A stretch of 32,000 bases of DNA, taken from Synechococcus sp. A15-28 (lineage in GTDB: Bacteria > Cyanobacteriota > Cyanobacteriia > PCC-6307 > Cyanobiaceae). This document shows, one piece after another, positions 1 through 9,821 of this stretch. The position numbers and the translations under genes are program-made. Each line of letters starts with the position of its first letter. Within the stretch, counting starts at the first letter, position 1. The notes below the pieces were generated by a model. It was not told the origin of the DNA, did no database searches, and saw only the letters and a program-made list of their open reading frames with translations. The DNA lies in NCBI RefSeq assembly GCF_014280175.1, contig NZ_CP047931.1, positions 1,890,001-1,922,000 of the forward strand. The letters are read 5' to 3'.

Positions 1-2892
1 GATCTTGAGGAGGTCTGGAGCATCGGCCGCGAGGAGAAGCCAGAGCTGGCCCGCAGTGTGGTGACAAGCCCAGTCCCCCAGGAGCTCAGAAACCGTGGTG
101 TTGAAGGCTTATCGCTCCGTGGTGAATTCGGTCGCTGGCTGAAGGCACGCGAACGCTGGCTCTCGGCAGAAGACCTCTACCGAACCCTGAAATGGAAGGA
201 CGACCTCTACCAAGAGGTGATGGGTCACATCCTCGAGATGCTGTCGGCATGGGGCCTTGTGAAGACCGTGGACGTGCGGCTTGGCCGCAAGGCTCGTGAG
301 GTGATGCAAGGTTGGCGCCTCAACAGCACTGCTCTGCGTTGGACTCTGGTGGACCCGGAATCACCACCTCAGGACCGCTACGCCGCGTGTTTGGAACAAG
401 TGCGGCAGAACAGTGGGCGACGTGGGCCGGTCAACCCCTACTTCCGAAGTCTCTACGCCGACCTCGCCCATCTGATCGCAACAGAAGGCCGACCATTCCT
501 GCAGACGCTGTCCGCACGGGAGCACACAGCCCAAGTGGATGCGAGTGAGCGCGAACGACGGGAAGATGACTTCCGCAGTGCTGCCCTGCGGCTGATGTAC
601 TGCTCACCCACGATGGAATTGGGCGTTGATATTTCATCGCTCAACACTGTTTACATGCGCAATGTGCCGCCCACGCCGGCGAACTATGCGCAGCGCAGCG
701 GACGCGCCGGCCGTAGCGGGCAACCAGCTCTGGTGTTGAGCTATTGCGGTGCCACCTCACCCCACGACCAGTACTTTTTTGCGGATCCAGTGCGGATGGT
801 GGCGGGTGCTGTAAGTGCTCCAACGCTGGAATTGGCCAATGAAGAGTTGCTCAAGGCCCACTTCCGGGCGCTTTGGCTGGCAGCCACTCGGCAGCGCCTG
901 CCCGGGAAGGTGAAGGAGCTGGTGAACATCAGTGCCCCAGGGCGGCCAGTTCAAGCAGAGCTGATGGAGGCCCTCTCCAGGGATGAGGCCTACCGCTCAG
1001 CCCAGGCTGATTGCCAGGCCATCGTTGACGACCTGATCGAGAAGCAATGCCTCGGAAGCACGCCACCGCCATGGCTCACAGGCAGCTGGCTAGAAGCGAT
1101 CACCCATGGCGCCGCGCTGGATTTCGAGGCCGCGCTCAGCCGCTGGCGTGAGCTTCTTGAGGCAGTGGATGGTCAGATCAACCAGGCACTCAAAGATCTG
1201 GGGAACCACGCCATCAGCGAGCGGGAGCGTCTGGCCGCCGACACCCGCCTCAAAGCAGCACGAATGCAACAACAGTTGCTGCTGGCGGATAAGCCAGGAA
1301 GCGGCAACAGCAACAACGACTTCAGCACCTATCGCTACCTGGCAAGCCAAGGCTTCATGCCGGGGTACAACTTCCCGCGTCTGCCGCTGATGGCGTACAT
1401 CCCTGGCACACGAGAACAAGTGGGCGGCGGCACTTACATCACTCGCCCGCGGTTTGTCGGCATCAGTGAATTCGGTCCCCACTCACTGATCTATCACGAG
1501 GGGAACACCTACAAGGTGAAAGGTGCACTGCTGGGGTTGCAGGACAACGCGGCTGCAGCCGGATCAGCCACCCTCGCCACGCAGGACGCCTTGGTGTGTG
1601 GGGCCTGCGGCCATGCCCATCTCGGTAATGCCGCTGAATCAGAACTGTGTTGCCACTGCGGCACACCGCTGAAGCTGCATCCCGAGGGCAAAGCCGTTCG
1701 GATCCCAAAGCTGTATCAAATCGAGCAGGTCACCACGAGGAGAGCTGATCGGATCACCTCCGACGACGAAGAACGGCAACGCCTCGGCTATGAGCTGATC
1801 ACCACCTACGAATTCCCCAAGGACAACGGGGTGGTGAAAGTGGCGAAGGCCCAGGTGAGCTGCGAGGGGCAGCCGTTACTGGAGCTCAGCTACGCACCAG
1901 CTACGCAGATCAGCCGGGTGAACCTCGGCTGGCGGCGGCGGGAGAACAAAAACGACATGGGCTTCCCGATCCACCCGATCAACGGACAGTGGGGCGGCGA
2001 GAAAGACATGCGTGGCGATGCGGCCGACGACGACGGCCCAGAAGTGGGCTTCGTGAAGATCACGCCCTACGTGCAGGACCGCAAAAACGCATTGTTGGTT
2101 CGCTTCCTCGGGGAATGGGAGCCGCAACAGCTGGTGAGCGTGAAGAGCGCGATCAAACGGGGCATCGAAGTGGCATTTCAGCTCGATGGCAGTGAGGTGG
2201 CAGCTGAGCTGATGCCCAACGAAGAATCAGCAACGGCGCTGCTGCTCTATGAATCAGCAGAAGGTGGTGCGGGCGTTCTAAGCCGACTGGTGGAAAGCGC
2301 CAGCGCTTTGCAAGCCGTGGCCAAAACCGCCCTCGAGATTTGCCACTGGAGTTGGGACGGCAAGGTGCCCGCCCTCGAATCCCAATTGATCAACTCAGAT
2401 CCCGACTGTGAGGCGGGCTGCTACCGCTGCCTGCTCGGTTATCACAACCAACGCGATCACGACCTGATTGATCGCCAGCTCACCGAGCTCAAACAAGTTC
2501 TGCTCGATCTGGCGCGCTGTGAACTGGTGGGCCAGGGCGGAGTGGATAGCCGCAGCGCTTTGCTGGAGCGGCTCAAGGGGCTAGCCGGCAGTGGTCTGGA
2601 AAGGCTCTGGCTCGACACCCTTTACCGGCATGGCCACACGCTTCCTGACAACGCTCAACAGGAGGTGCCGGGTCACTACGTCACCCCAGACTTCACCTAC
2701 AAAGAGGCTTGTGTTGTGGTGTTCATCGATGGACCCCATCACGAGAAACCACTGCAGCAACGGCTGGACCAGCAGAAGCGCCAGGGCCTGATCGATGCAG
2801 GGATCTCGGTTGTGGTGTTTACCCAGGACACCACTAGTTGGCCTGAGGTTTTAAGCGAATACAGCTGGTTGTTTGGTGAGGGGAAAGGTTGA
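1..2892 (+). CDS. YprA/DruE-like superfamily 2 helicase (C-terminal portion) with DUF1998-type region and C-terminal Vsr/DUF559-like nuclease domain; 5' end truncated by window edge
   Basis: The frame is open from base 1 (DLEEVWSIGREEKPELARSVV...). Helicase C-terminal motifs MELGVDI...NYAQRSGRAGRSGQ; zinc-binding CGACGHAH..CCHCGTPL; DUF1998-like SATALLLYESAEGGAGVL...CEAGCYRCLLGY; C-terminal PDFTY...CVVVFIDGPHH...QGLIDAGISVVVF, resembling Vsr/DUF559 PD-(D/E)xK nucleases. Confidence 0.87.
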   Translation, partial: DLEEVWSIGREEKPELARSVVTSPVPQELRNRGVEGLSLRGEFGRWLKARERWLSAEDLYRTLKWKDDLYQEVMGHILEMLSAWGLVKTVDVRLGRKAREVMQGWRLNSTALRWTLVDPESPPQDRYAACLEQVRQNSGRRGPVNPYFRSLYADLAHLIATEGRPFLQTLSAREHTAQVDASERERREDDFRSAALRLMYCSPTMELGVDISSLNTVYMRNVPPTPANYAQRSGRAGRSGQPALVLSYCGATSPHDQYFFADPVRMVAGAVSAPTLELANEELLKAHFRALWLAATRQRLPGKVKELVNISAPGRPVQAELMEALSRDEAYRSAQADCQAIVDDLIEKQCLGSTPPPWLTGSWLEAITHGAALDFEAALSRWRELLEAVDGQINQALKDLGNHAISERERLAADTRLKAARMQQQLLLADKPGSGNSNNDFSTYRYLASQGFMPGYNFPRLPLMAYIPGTREQVGGGTYITRPRFVGISEFGPHSLIYHEGNTYKVKGALLGLQDNAAAAGSATLATQDALVCGACGHAHLGNAAESELCCHCGTPLKLHPEGKAVRIPKLYQIEQVTTRRADRITSDDEERQRLGYELITTYEFPKDNGVVKVAKAQVSCEGQPLLELSYAPATQISRVNLGWRRRENKNDMGFPIHPINGQWGGEKDMRGDAADDDGPEVGFVKITPYVQDRKNALLVRFLGEWEPQQLVSVKSAIKRGIEVAFQLDGSEVAAELMPNEESATALLLYESAEGGAGVLSRLVESASALQAVAKTALEICHWSWDGKVPALESQLINSDPDCEAGCYRCLLGYHNQRDHDLIDRQLTELKQVLLDLARCELVGQGGVDSRSALLERLKGLAGSGLERLWLDTLYRHGHTLPDNAQQEVPGHYVTPDFTYKEACVVVFIDGPHHEKPLQQRLDQQKRQGLIDAGISVVVFTQDTTSWPEVLSEYSWLFGEGKG

Positions 2893-2926
2893 TGTTTGAC
2901 AGCACAGACCGGCTCGGAGGCCACCT

Positions 2927-5896
2927 ATGACCCTTTCAACTCTTACCGCAAGTCCGGTCGACATCCCGAGCCCCGGTTCGATCGTGAAGGTGCGCGGGCG
3001 TGAGTGGATCGCCCTGCCACAGAGCAGCACTGAGAAGCAGGAGCAGGTGCTCAAACTTCGGCCCCTGGGAGGTGGAGATCAGACGATCGCCACCTTGTAT
3101 TGGCCGCTGGAGGGCGCAGCGGTGAAGCCGGCCAGCTTCGATCCGCCGGATCCAGCCCAAAGTGGCTCACAAAGTTCGGCGTTGCTGCTGCGGGATGCCC
3201 TGCTGCTCAAACTCCGCGCTGGCGCAGGGCCGTTCCGCAGCCTCGGCAATGTGGCCCTGGAGCCACGGCCCTACCAGCTGGTGCCGTTGTTGATGGCGCT
3301 GAAGCAAGCCGTCACCCGGGTGCTGATCGCCGATGAGGTGGGGCTTGGCAAAACCGTGGAGGCGTTGCTGATCGCCCGGGAGCTGTTGGATCGCGGCGAG
3401 ATCCGCCAGATCACCGTGATCTGCCCACCACACCTCTGCGAAAAATGGCGAGTCGACATGACCGGCCAGTTCAACCTCGCCGCAGAGGTGGTTCGTCCTG
3501 GTACCGCCCAGAAGCTGGAGCGAGGGCTGCCGGCGGGCAAGTCGATCTTCGATGTGATCCCGTTCACCGTGGTAAGCCTTGATTGGATCAAGAGCGATCG
3601 CAACCGGGAGAGCTTCCTGCGCAGTTGCGGTGAGTTCGTGATCGTTGATGAAGCGCACACCTGCGCGGCGCGCAAAGGTGGCGGACGCCAACAGCGCTTT
3701 GAACTGCTGCGTGGGTTGTCGGCCCAGCCCGATCGACATCTGGTGCTGCTCACGGCCACACCCCACAGCGGCGATACCGAAGCGTTTGACAACCTTCTAG
3801 CGCTGCTGGACCCGAAATTCTCCGGCTTGAGCGAGATGCCGGAAGGTCAACGGCGCAAGGACCTGCGCGATGACCTGGGCAACTACTTCGTGCAGCGGCG
3901 CCGGCAAGATCTCAAGGAGGAATGGGGCACCAACGGCGCCGACTTCCCGGACCGGGAAACACGGGAGGCGGAGTACAAGCTCTCGGGCGATTGGGCTGAG
4001 CTGTTTCACGACGTGCTCGGTTACGCCAAGGATCTGGTGCAACGCAGTGCCGGTGAGAGCAAGCTGCGACAGCGCATGAGCTGGTGGGCAGCTCTGGCGC
4101 TACTGCGCTGCGTGAGCAGCAGTCCGGCAGCGGCATCCGCCTCGTTGCGAACAAAGTTGCTCAACCTGCAAAGCGACACCAAAGGTGATCGCGACCGGGA
4201 TGACAACCAAGTTGCCGACGACCTGGAAGCCATGGCTGCCCTGGCGGTGCTGGATGGAGCCGACGAGGGATTCAGTGGAGAAGAAGCAGCACCCGGTGCT
4301 GATCTGGCCATTGCCGAAGACGAGGAGCAACTCCAGGATCTGATCGCTCGAGCCGATCTCCTGCGCGGCAAGGCACACGACCCCAAGCTCAAGCAGCTGA
4401 TCAAGGAGCTGAATGCCTTGCTCAAGGAAGGCTTTCGCCCGGTGATCTTCTGCCGTTTCCGGCCGACGGCGTATTACCTCGCCGAGCAGCTCAAAGAGGC
4501 ACTGCCAAAGCGCAGCCACGTGGTGACGGCGGTCACCGGTGATCTGCCACCAGAAGAACGCGTCTTGCGCATCCAGGAGCTGGAAGCTGAGGTCGCCAAC
4601 GAGAAAGTCCCGGTATTGGTGGCCACCGACTGCCTGTCGGAGGGGATCGACCTGCAGCACACCTTTGATGCGGTGGTGCATTACGACCTCTGCTGGAACC
4701 CCACCCGCCATGAACAACGGGAGGGCCGGGTGGACCGCTTCGGGCAGGCGCGAACAGCTGTTCGGGCGCTGATGTTGCACGGCGGCAGCTCCAATCCCGT
4801 CGACGATCGGGTGCGCACGGTGATCCTTGAAAAGGAGAAAACGATCCGCAAGGAGCTGGGGGTGAGCGTGCCGATCCCCGGCAATGCCAACTCAATCACC
4901 CAAGCCGTCCTCAGCAACATCCTGCAAGGACCAGCCCAGACCATTCAGGGGAGCTTTGATCTCGAGCTTGCGGGAGACACCACGACGCAATTGGCACTTG
5001 ACGCGACGATCGATGCTGAATGGACGAGTGCCAAAGACAACGCCAAGAAGAACCAGGCGATCTTTGCCCAACGGAGCCTCAAACCAGAGGAGGCGCTCGG
5101 CGAGTGGGAGCGGATGAAGGAGTCGTTGGGGAGTGAAGACGCCGTCGAGCGATTGGTGGTGAATGCCAGCCGGCGGCTCAACCTCCCAATCGGCCCCATC
5201 GGTGCAAGCCCCGGAACCTGGGAGCTGGATCTCAGCCGACTGCAAGACGACCGCACGGCCCTGCGGGAGCGCCTGCGCAATCACGACCTGGAGGGCAGGT
5301 TGCGCCTGAGCTTCCGCTCACCCGCTCAGGCTGGAGGCCAACTGCTCAGCCGCTCCCATCCGCTGGTGGTGGAACTTGCTGACTTTGTGGCCGAGCGTGC
5401 CCTCAGCGGCCTGGAACCCGAGTTGGCGGCTCGGGCCTCGGTGATTCGCACCAAAGCCGTGAGCCGCCGCACCCAGTTGCTGGTGCTGCGGCTGCGGCAT
5501 CAGCTGCATCAAGACCGTTGGACCGGGAATGGCTACGACGCACTCCCCGATCTGCTCGTGGAGGAATGCCTCACGGTGGAGGTCAAGGAGCAAAGCGTTG
5601 AACCGCTGGAGGGAGCCACCGCACTGGAACTGCTCGAAGCGGCACCCACGGGCAACGTGGACCCTGGCCAACGCCAGCAGTGGCTGAAGGATGCCGTCGC
5701 TGGTCTTGATGCCTTGCAACCGGCACTCAAGGCTCTGGCTGAACGGCGGGCCCAATTAGCAGAAGACGACCACCGCCGCGTCCGCGAAGCCTCCTTGCGC
5801 CGCGGTGAATCGCTGCGGATGCGCTTCAACTGCGAACCCGCCCCGGCCGTGGATGTGATCGGCCTGTTCCTGCTGCTTCCTGCCCCAACCCTTTGA
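2927..5896 (+). CDS. SNF2-family DEAD/DEAH helicase (DISARM DrmD-like)
   Basis: 989 aa. Motif I ADEVGLGKTVEALL, motif II VDEAHTC, motif III LTATPHSGD, motifs V/VI ATDCLSEGIDLQHTFDAVVHYDLCWNPTRHEQREGRVDRFGQ. Confidence 0.9.
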   Translation: MTLSTLTASPVDIPSPGSIVKVRGREWIALPQSSTEKQEQVLKLRPLGGGDQTIATLYWPLEGAAVKPASFDPPDPAQSGSQSSALLLRDALLLKLRAGAGPFRSLGNVALEPRPYQLVPLLMALKQAVTRVLIADEVGLGKTVEALLIARELLDRGEIRQITVICPPHLCEKWRVDMTGQFNLAAEVVRPGTAQKLERGLPAGKSIFDVIPFTVVSLDWIKSDRNRESFLRSCGEFVIVDEAHTCAARKGGGRQQRFELLRGLSAQPDRHLVLLTATPHSGDTEAFDNLLALLDPKFSGLSEMPEGQRRKDLRDDLGNYFVQRRRQDLKEEWGTNGADFPDRETREAEYKLSGDWAELFHDVLGYAKDLVQRSAGESKLRQRMSWWAALALLRCVSSSPAAASASLRTKLLNLQSDTKGDRDRDDNQVADDLEAMAALAVLDGADEGFSGEEAAPGADLAIAEDEEQLQDLIARADLLRGKAHDPKLKQLIKELNALLKEGFRPVIFCRFRPTAYYLAEQLKEALPKRSHVVTAVTGDLPPEERVLRIQELEAEVANEKVPVLVATDCLSEGIDLQHTFDAVVHYDLCWNPTRHEQREGRVDRFGQARTAVRALMLHGGSSNPVDDRVRTVILEKEKTIRKELGVSVPIPGNANSITQAVLSNILQGPAQTIQGSFDLELAGDTTTQLALDATIDAEWTSAKDNAKKNQAIFAQRSLKPEEALGEWERMKESLGSEDAVERLVVNASRRLNLPIGPIGASPGTWELDLSRLQDDRTALRERLRNHDLEGRLRLSFRSPAQAGGQLLSRSHPLVVELADFVAERALSGLEPELAARASVIRTKAVSRRTQLLVLRLRHQLHQDRWTGNGYDALPDLLVEECLTVEVKEQSVEPLEGATALELLEAAPTGNVDPGQRQQWLKDAVAGLDALQPALKALAERRAQLAEDDHRRVREASLRRGESLRMRFNCEPAPAVDVIGLFLLLPAPTL

Positions 5897-5899
5897 GCC

Positions 5900-8800
5900 A
5901 TGGCCCGCACCACCGCCACCGTCAGCTTTCAGGCACTCGAACTCAAAGGCAGCCTGCTTCCGGCATCCCTGCTTGAGGAGGTGTCCAAGTTCAGCCGCCC
6001 GAAGGAGCTTCTGTTGGAGCCGAAGGACTACGGCTTGGGCAAAGGCGAAGGCTTGCGGGAGCGGATCGATGCCGCCTGGGTGCTCACCAAAGAACTGTGG
6101 GAGGAGTACACCGATCTGAGCGATCGGGCGGGGAAGAGCATTGCAGGGCAGCACTTCGGTACCCGCTTGCTCAAGGAGGTGTTCGGCTGGAGGAGCACCC
6201 AACCCTGCAACGGCTGGCAGCAGGGCGAATCGCACTATCCGATCAACGCCCGCGCCTTTGATGGCGCGGTGCCCGTAATCCTGCGAGGGCTCGACCCAGA
6301 CGATCTCGATCGTGGCAGTGCCCAGTTCGGCCAGGAGGGGCGGAAGCGATCGCCCCATAGCTGCCTGCAGGAATGCCTCAACGCCGACGACGATGCGAAT
6401 TGGGGTGTGCTGCTCAGCGGCGATCGGCTGCGGCTGTTGCACGACAACCCCTCGCTGGTGAAACCTGCGTATCTGGCTGCCGATCTTGAGCTCTTGATCG
6501 AAGGCGGGCTGCACGCCGAATTCGCCGTGCTCTGGTTGCTGCTCCACTCCAGTCGTTTTCAGCACCCCCAAACGGGCAGCTGTGTTCTCGATGACTGGAA
6601 ACAACAGGCGGAAGCCTCCGGTGAACGGGTGCTCGGGGCCTTGCGCGGCGGCGTGCAGAGCGCCTTGGAATCACTGGGCTGGGGCTTCCTCAATCACCCA
6701 AGCAATGGCGAACTGCGGGAGGCGTTGCGAAGCGGACAACTCAGCCGCCAGCAGTTCCACGAGCAGCTGCTGCGCTTGGTCTATCGGTTCCTGTTCCTGT
6801 TCACCACAGAAGATCGCAACCTGCTTTTCCCCCGCGAAGTCGACAAGACTGACGCACGCCGGCGGATCTACCAGGAGGGCTACAGCGTCAGCCGGCTGCG
6901 GGAGCTGGCGATCAAGCGCAGTGCCTATGAAGGGGACTACGGCGATCTCTGGGAGCTGCAGCGGCTGGTGTTCCAGCAGCTGAGCATTGGCAACTCACCG
7001 CTCGGTCTGCCGGGCCTGGGCGGATTGTTCAGCCTGGAGCAATGCCCAGATCTGCAGGCCGCGGAGCTCTGGAATGGGCCCTTGCTGCGGGCGATCAAAG
7101 CGATCGGCTGGTTCGACGCCGACGGCAGCTTCACCCGGGTGCGCTACCGCGATCTCAACACTGAAGAGCTGGGCAGTGTGTATGAGGGCCTGCTTGAACT
7201 GCATCCCCAGCTGGAGCCGCAGGGCAGCCAATGGCAGCTCAGCTATGGCGGTGGTGCCGGCAGTGATCGCAAAACCACCGGCAGCTACTACACACCCGAT
7301 GCCTTGGTGCAGGAGCTGATCAAGAGCGCTCTGATCCCGGTGATCGACGACCGGCTCAGCAAGGCCCATGGCCAAGCGGAGCAGGAACAGGCTCTGCTGA
7401 ATATCAGGGTGATCGACCCGGCCTGCGGGAGTGGCCACTTCCTGTTGGCGGCGGCTCGGCGCTTGGCAGTGGCCCTCGCCCAGGTGCGCGCAGGCGATGA
7501 CCAACCCAGCGAAGACGACCGCCAGCACGCCCTACGCGATGTGGTGGCCCATTGCATCTACGCGGTGGACAAAAACCCAATGGCGGTGGAGCTGTGCAAA
7601 GTGGCGCTGTGGATCGAAGCGATTGATCCCGGCAAGCCGCTGAGCTTTCTGGATGCACACATCCAGTGCGGGGATTCACTGGTGGGGGTCTTCGACCCGA
7701 AGGTGTTGGAGGAAGGCATCCCGGATGGGGCCTACAAGCCACTCACCGGTGACAACAAACCGGTCTGCACGAGCCTGAAGAAAGAGAACGCCGCAGCACG
7801 CAAGACCATCAGCCGGCGCGGCTCCAATCGGGGCATTCAAGGGAGCTTGGCTCTCAGCGGCACGCAACCCCGCAGCCAGGGGCAACAGGACTTGCAGGCG
7901 ATCGAGGCCATGCCAGAAACCACCCTGGCAGAAACGGCGTCCAAGCAGGCTGCCTACGCCCAATGGCTCTCTGATCGAGGCCAGGATCCAGAGACGTTGG
8001 CTGCTGATCTCTACACAGCAGCGTTTTTCCTAGCGAAAACAAGCGATTCGCGCCCCACGGTGCCCACCACAGAGCACCTACTCAAACTCCTCGCTGGTCA
8101 ACCCGTTGATGAAGCGATGGAAGAGGCCGTTGTTGAGGCGGCCCAGAACTTCCGCTTCTTCCATTGGCACCTGCGTTTTGGCGAGGTGATGGAGCAAGGC
8201 GGCTTTGATTGCGTCCTGGGCAATCCGCCTTGGGAGCGAATTAAAATCCAAGAAAAGGAATTTTTTGCTCAGAAAGACGGCGAGATTGCCAAAGCAAAAA
8301 ACAAAAGTGAGCGAGCGAAGCTTCTCGAAGAGTCACTTTCAGGGAATCGCGGGAGACTTGCACTGGCTGCCGCGAATGAGTTTTTTGTAGCAAGGCGAAG
8401 CGCAGAGGCATCAGGCTTGATCGCGCGCTCTGCCCTTTTCCCTCTAACGAGCAAGGGCGACATAAACCTATACGCCTTATTCGCCGAACGATGCTGCCAA
8501 GCCTTGATATCCAGGGCAGGCATGTGCGGCGTAATCGTGCCAACAGGTATCGCCACAGATCTACCGTGCGCCGACTTTTTCTTTGATCTTATTAAAGACA
8601 GAAGAATCATATCAATCCTTGACTTTCGCAACAAAGGATTCTTCCCAGGCGCCGCTGGCGCACAAGGCAACCGCTTCTGCTTATTTACATTTGGGTCAAA
8701 AGATATCTCCAGACAAGACACACTTCTTGCATACAGGCTCGAGTCAATTGACGAATTACGTGACGAGCGCAGATTCTCTCGAATTACAGCTGATGACATA

Positions 8801-9820
8801 ACACTACTCAATCCCTCCTCAAGAACATGTCCAGTCCTAAGATCAAAGTTTGATTTTGAGCTAACAAAAAAGATCGCTCTTAGCAATACAAACCTAGATT
8901 CAAGCATCAGCGACTGGGATATTAACCTCGGGAGAATGTTTGATCTAGCCAATGACAGTGACTTGTTCAAGCAGGACGATCACAGCCTTGACATACCTGA
9001 CAATCACCTTCGACTTTACGAAGCCAAAATGGTTCATCAATTTGATCATCGTTTTGGCGATTACTCGCTAATTAAAAACCCGAAGCCACAGACGGTCAGG
9101 CAGCTTCCAAATCCATCTATAGATCTTTTAGCTGAAACGGGTTACATGGTCAGAGGAGCTTACTTAGTTGATCGGGAACACGTGGAATCATGGCTGGACG
9201 ATCAAGGATGGACGAGAAAGTGGCTTTTAGGCTGGAGAGATATCACCAGCGGCCTTGATGAAAGAACTGTAATCGCGTGTGCGTTACCTGTAGCCGCTTA
9301 CGGAAATACTCTCCCGCTGATGATGCCAAGACACACGGCAGTTGAAAGCTGCATTCTTCTCGGCCTTCTTAATTCGATTACATGTGATTACATTGCCAGG
9401 CAAAAAGTCGGTGGAGTCCACCTGACTTTCTTCATCCTTAGACAACTCGCAATACCTTCTCTTTATGGCATACCTAAAGGCTTAGGTTTCGAGTTGGCGA
9501 AGCGTGTAGCCGGCATTAGCTGCCATAGCAAAGATATGTTCGAACTTAGAGAAGAAATATCCTCTGATCTGCAACTGACTCTTATTCCCTTTGGGCACCC
9601 GCGGCTTGTTGCACGGGCTGAGATTGAAGCCATTGCTGCCAAGATCTACGGCCTAACAAGGGATGAGTTGCGTTACATCCTTGATCCCACTGATGTAATG
9701 GGGCCCGATTACCCTAGTGAGACCTTCAGGGTGCTCAAGAAAAATGAAATACGTGAGTTTGGTGAATATCGAACTCAACGGTTAGTACTCGAGGCGTGGG
9801 ATCGCCTATTCGGGAACTGA
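5900..9820 (+). CDS. Large N6-adenine DNA methyltransferase (Eco57I/PglX/DrmMI-like)
   Basis: 1306 aa. SAM motif I RVIDPACGSGHFLLAAARRLA; catalytic motif IV FDCVLGNPPWERIK; long C-terminal candidate target-recognition region. Starts 3 nt after the helicase stop. Confidence 0.92.
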   Translation: MARTTATVSFQALELKGSLLPASLLEEVSKFSRPKELLLEPKDYGLGKGEGLRERIDAAWVLTKELWEEYTDLSDRAGKSIAGQHFGTRLLKEVFGWRSTQPCNGWQQGESHYPINARAFDGAVPVILRGLDPDDLDRGSAQFGQEGRKRSPHSCLQECLNADDDANWGVLLSGDRLRLLHDNPSLVKPAYLAADLELLIEGGLHAEFAVLWLLLHSSRFQHPQTGSCVLDDWKQQAEASGERVLGALRGGVQSALESLGWGFLNHPSNGELREALRSGQLSRQQFHEQLLRLVYRFLFLFTTEDRNLLFPREVDKTDARRRIYQEGYSVSRLRELAIKRSAYEGDYGDLWELQRLVFQQLSIGNSPLGLPGLGGLFSLEQCPDLQAAELWNGPLLRAIKAIGWFDADGSFTRVRYRDLNTEELGSVYEGLLELHPQLEPQGSQWQLSYGGGAGSDRKTTGSYYTPDALVQELIKSALIPVIDDRLSKAHGQAEQEQALLNIRVIDPACGSGHFLLAAARRLAVALAQVRAGDDQPSEDDRQHALRDVVAHCIYAVDKNPMAVELCKVALWIEAIDPGKPLSFLDAHIQCGDSLVGVFDPKVLEEGIPDGAYKPLTGDNKPVCTSLKKENAAARKTISRRGSNRGIQGSLALSGTQPRSQGQQDLQAIEAMPETTLAETASKQAAYAQWLSDRGQDPETLAADLYTAAFFLAKTSDSRPTVPTTEHLLKLLAGQPVDEAMEEAVVEAAQNFRFFHWHLRFGEVMEQGGFDCVLGNPPWERIKIQEKEFFAQKDGEIAKAKNKSERAKLLEESLSGNRGRLALAAANEFFVARRSAEASGLIARSALFPLTSKGDINLYALFAERCCQALISRAGMCGVIVPTGIATDLPCADFFFDLIKDRRIISILDFRNKGFFPGAAGAQGNRFCLFTFGSKDISRQDTLLAYRLESIDELRDERRFSRITADDITLLNPSSRTCPVLRSKFDFELTKKIALSNTNLDSSISDWDINLGRMFDLANDSDLFKQDDHSLDIPDNHLRLYEAKMVHQFDHRFGDYSLIKNPKPQTVRQLPNPSIDLLAETGYMVRGAYLVDREHVESWLDDQGWTRKWLLGWRDITSGLDERTVIACALPVAAYGNTLPLMMPRHTAVESCILLGLLNSITCDYIARQKVGGVHLTFFILRQLAIPSLYGIPKGLGFELAKRVAGISCHSKDMFELREEISSDLQLTLIPFGHPRLVARAEIEAIAAKIYGLTRDELRYILDPTDVMGPDYPSETFRVLKKNEIREFGEYRTQRLVLEAWDRLFGN

Positions 9821-9821
9821 T

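Noticed and set aside
5756-6604. Minus-strand ORF of 282 aa across the SNF2/methyltransferase junction
   Set aside because: Antisense to two confidently identified coding regions, no recognisable domain; typical shadow ORF.
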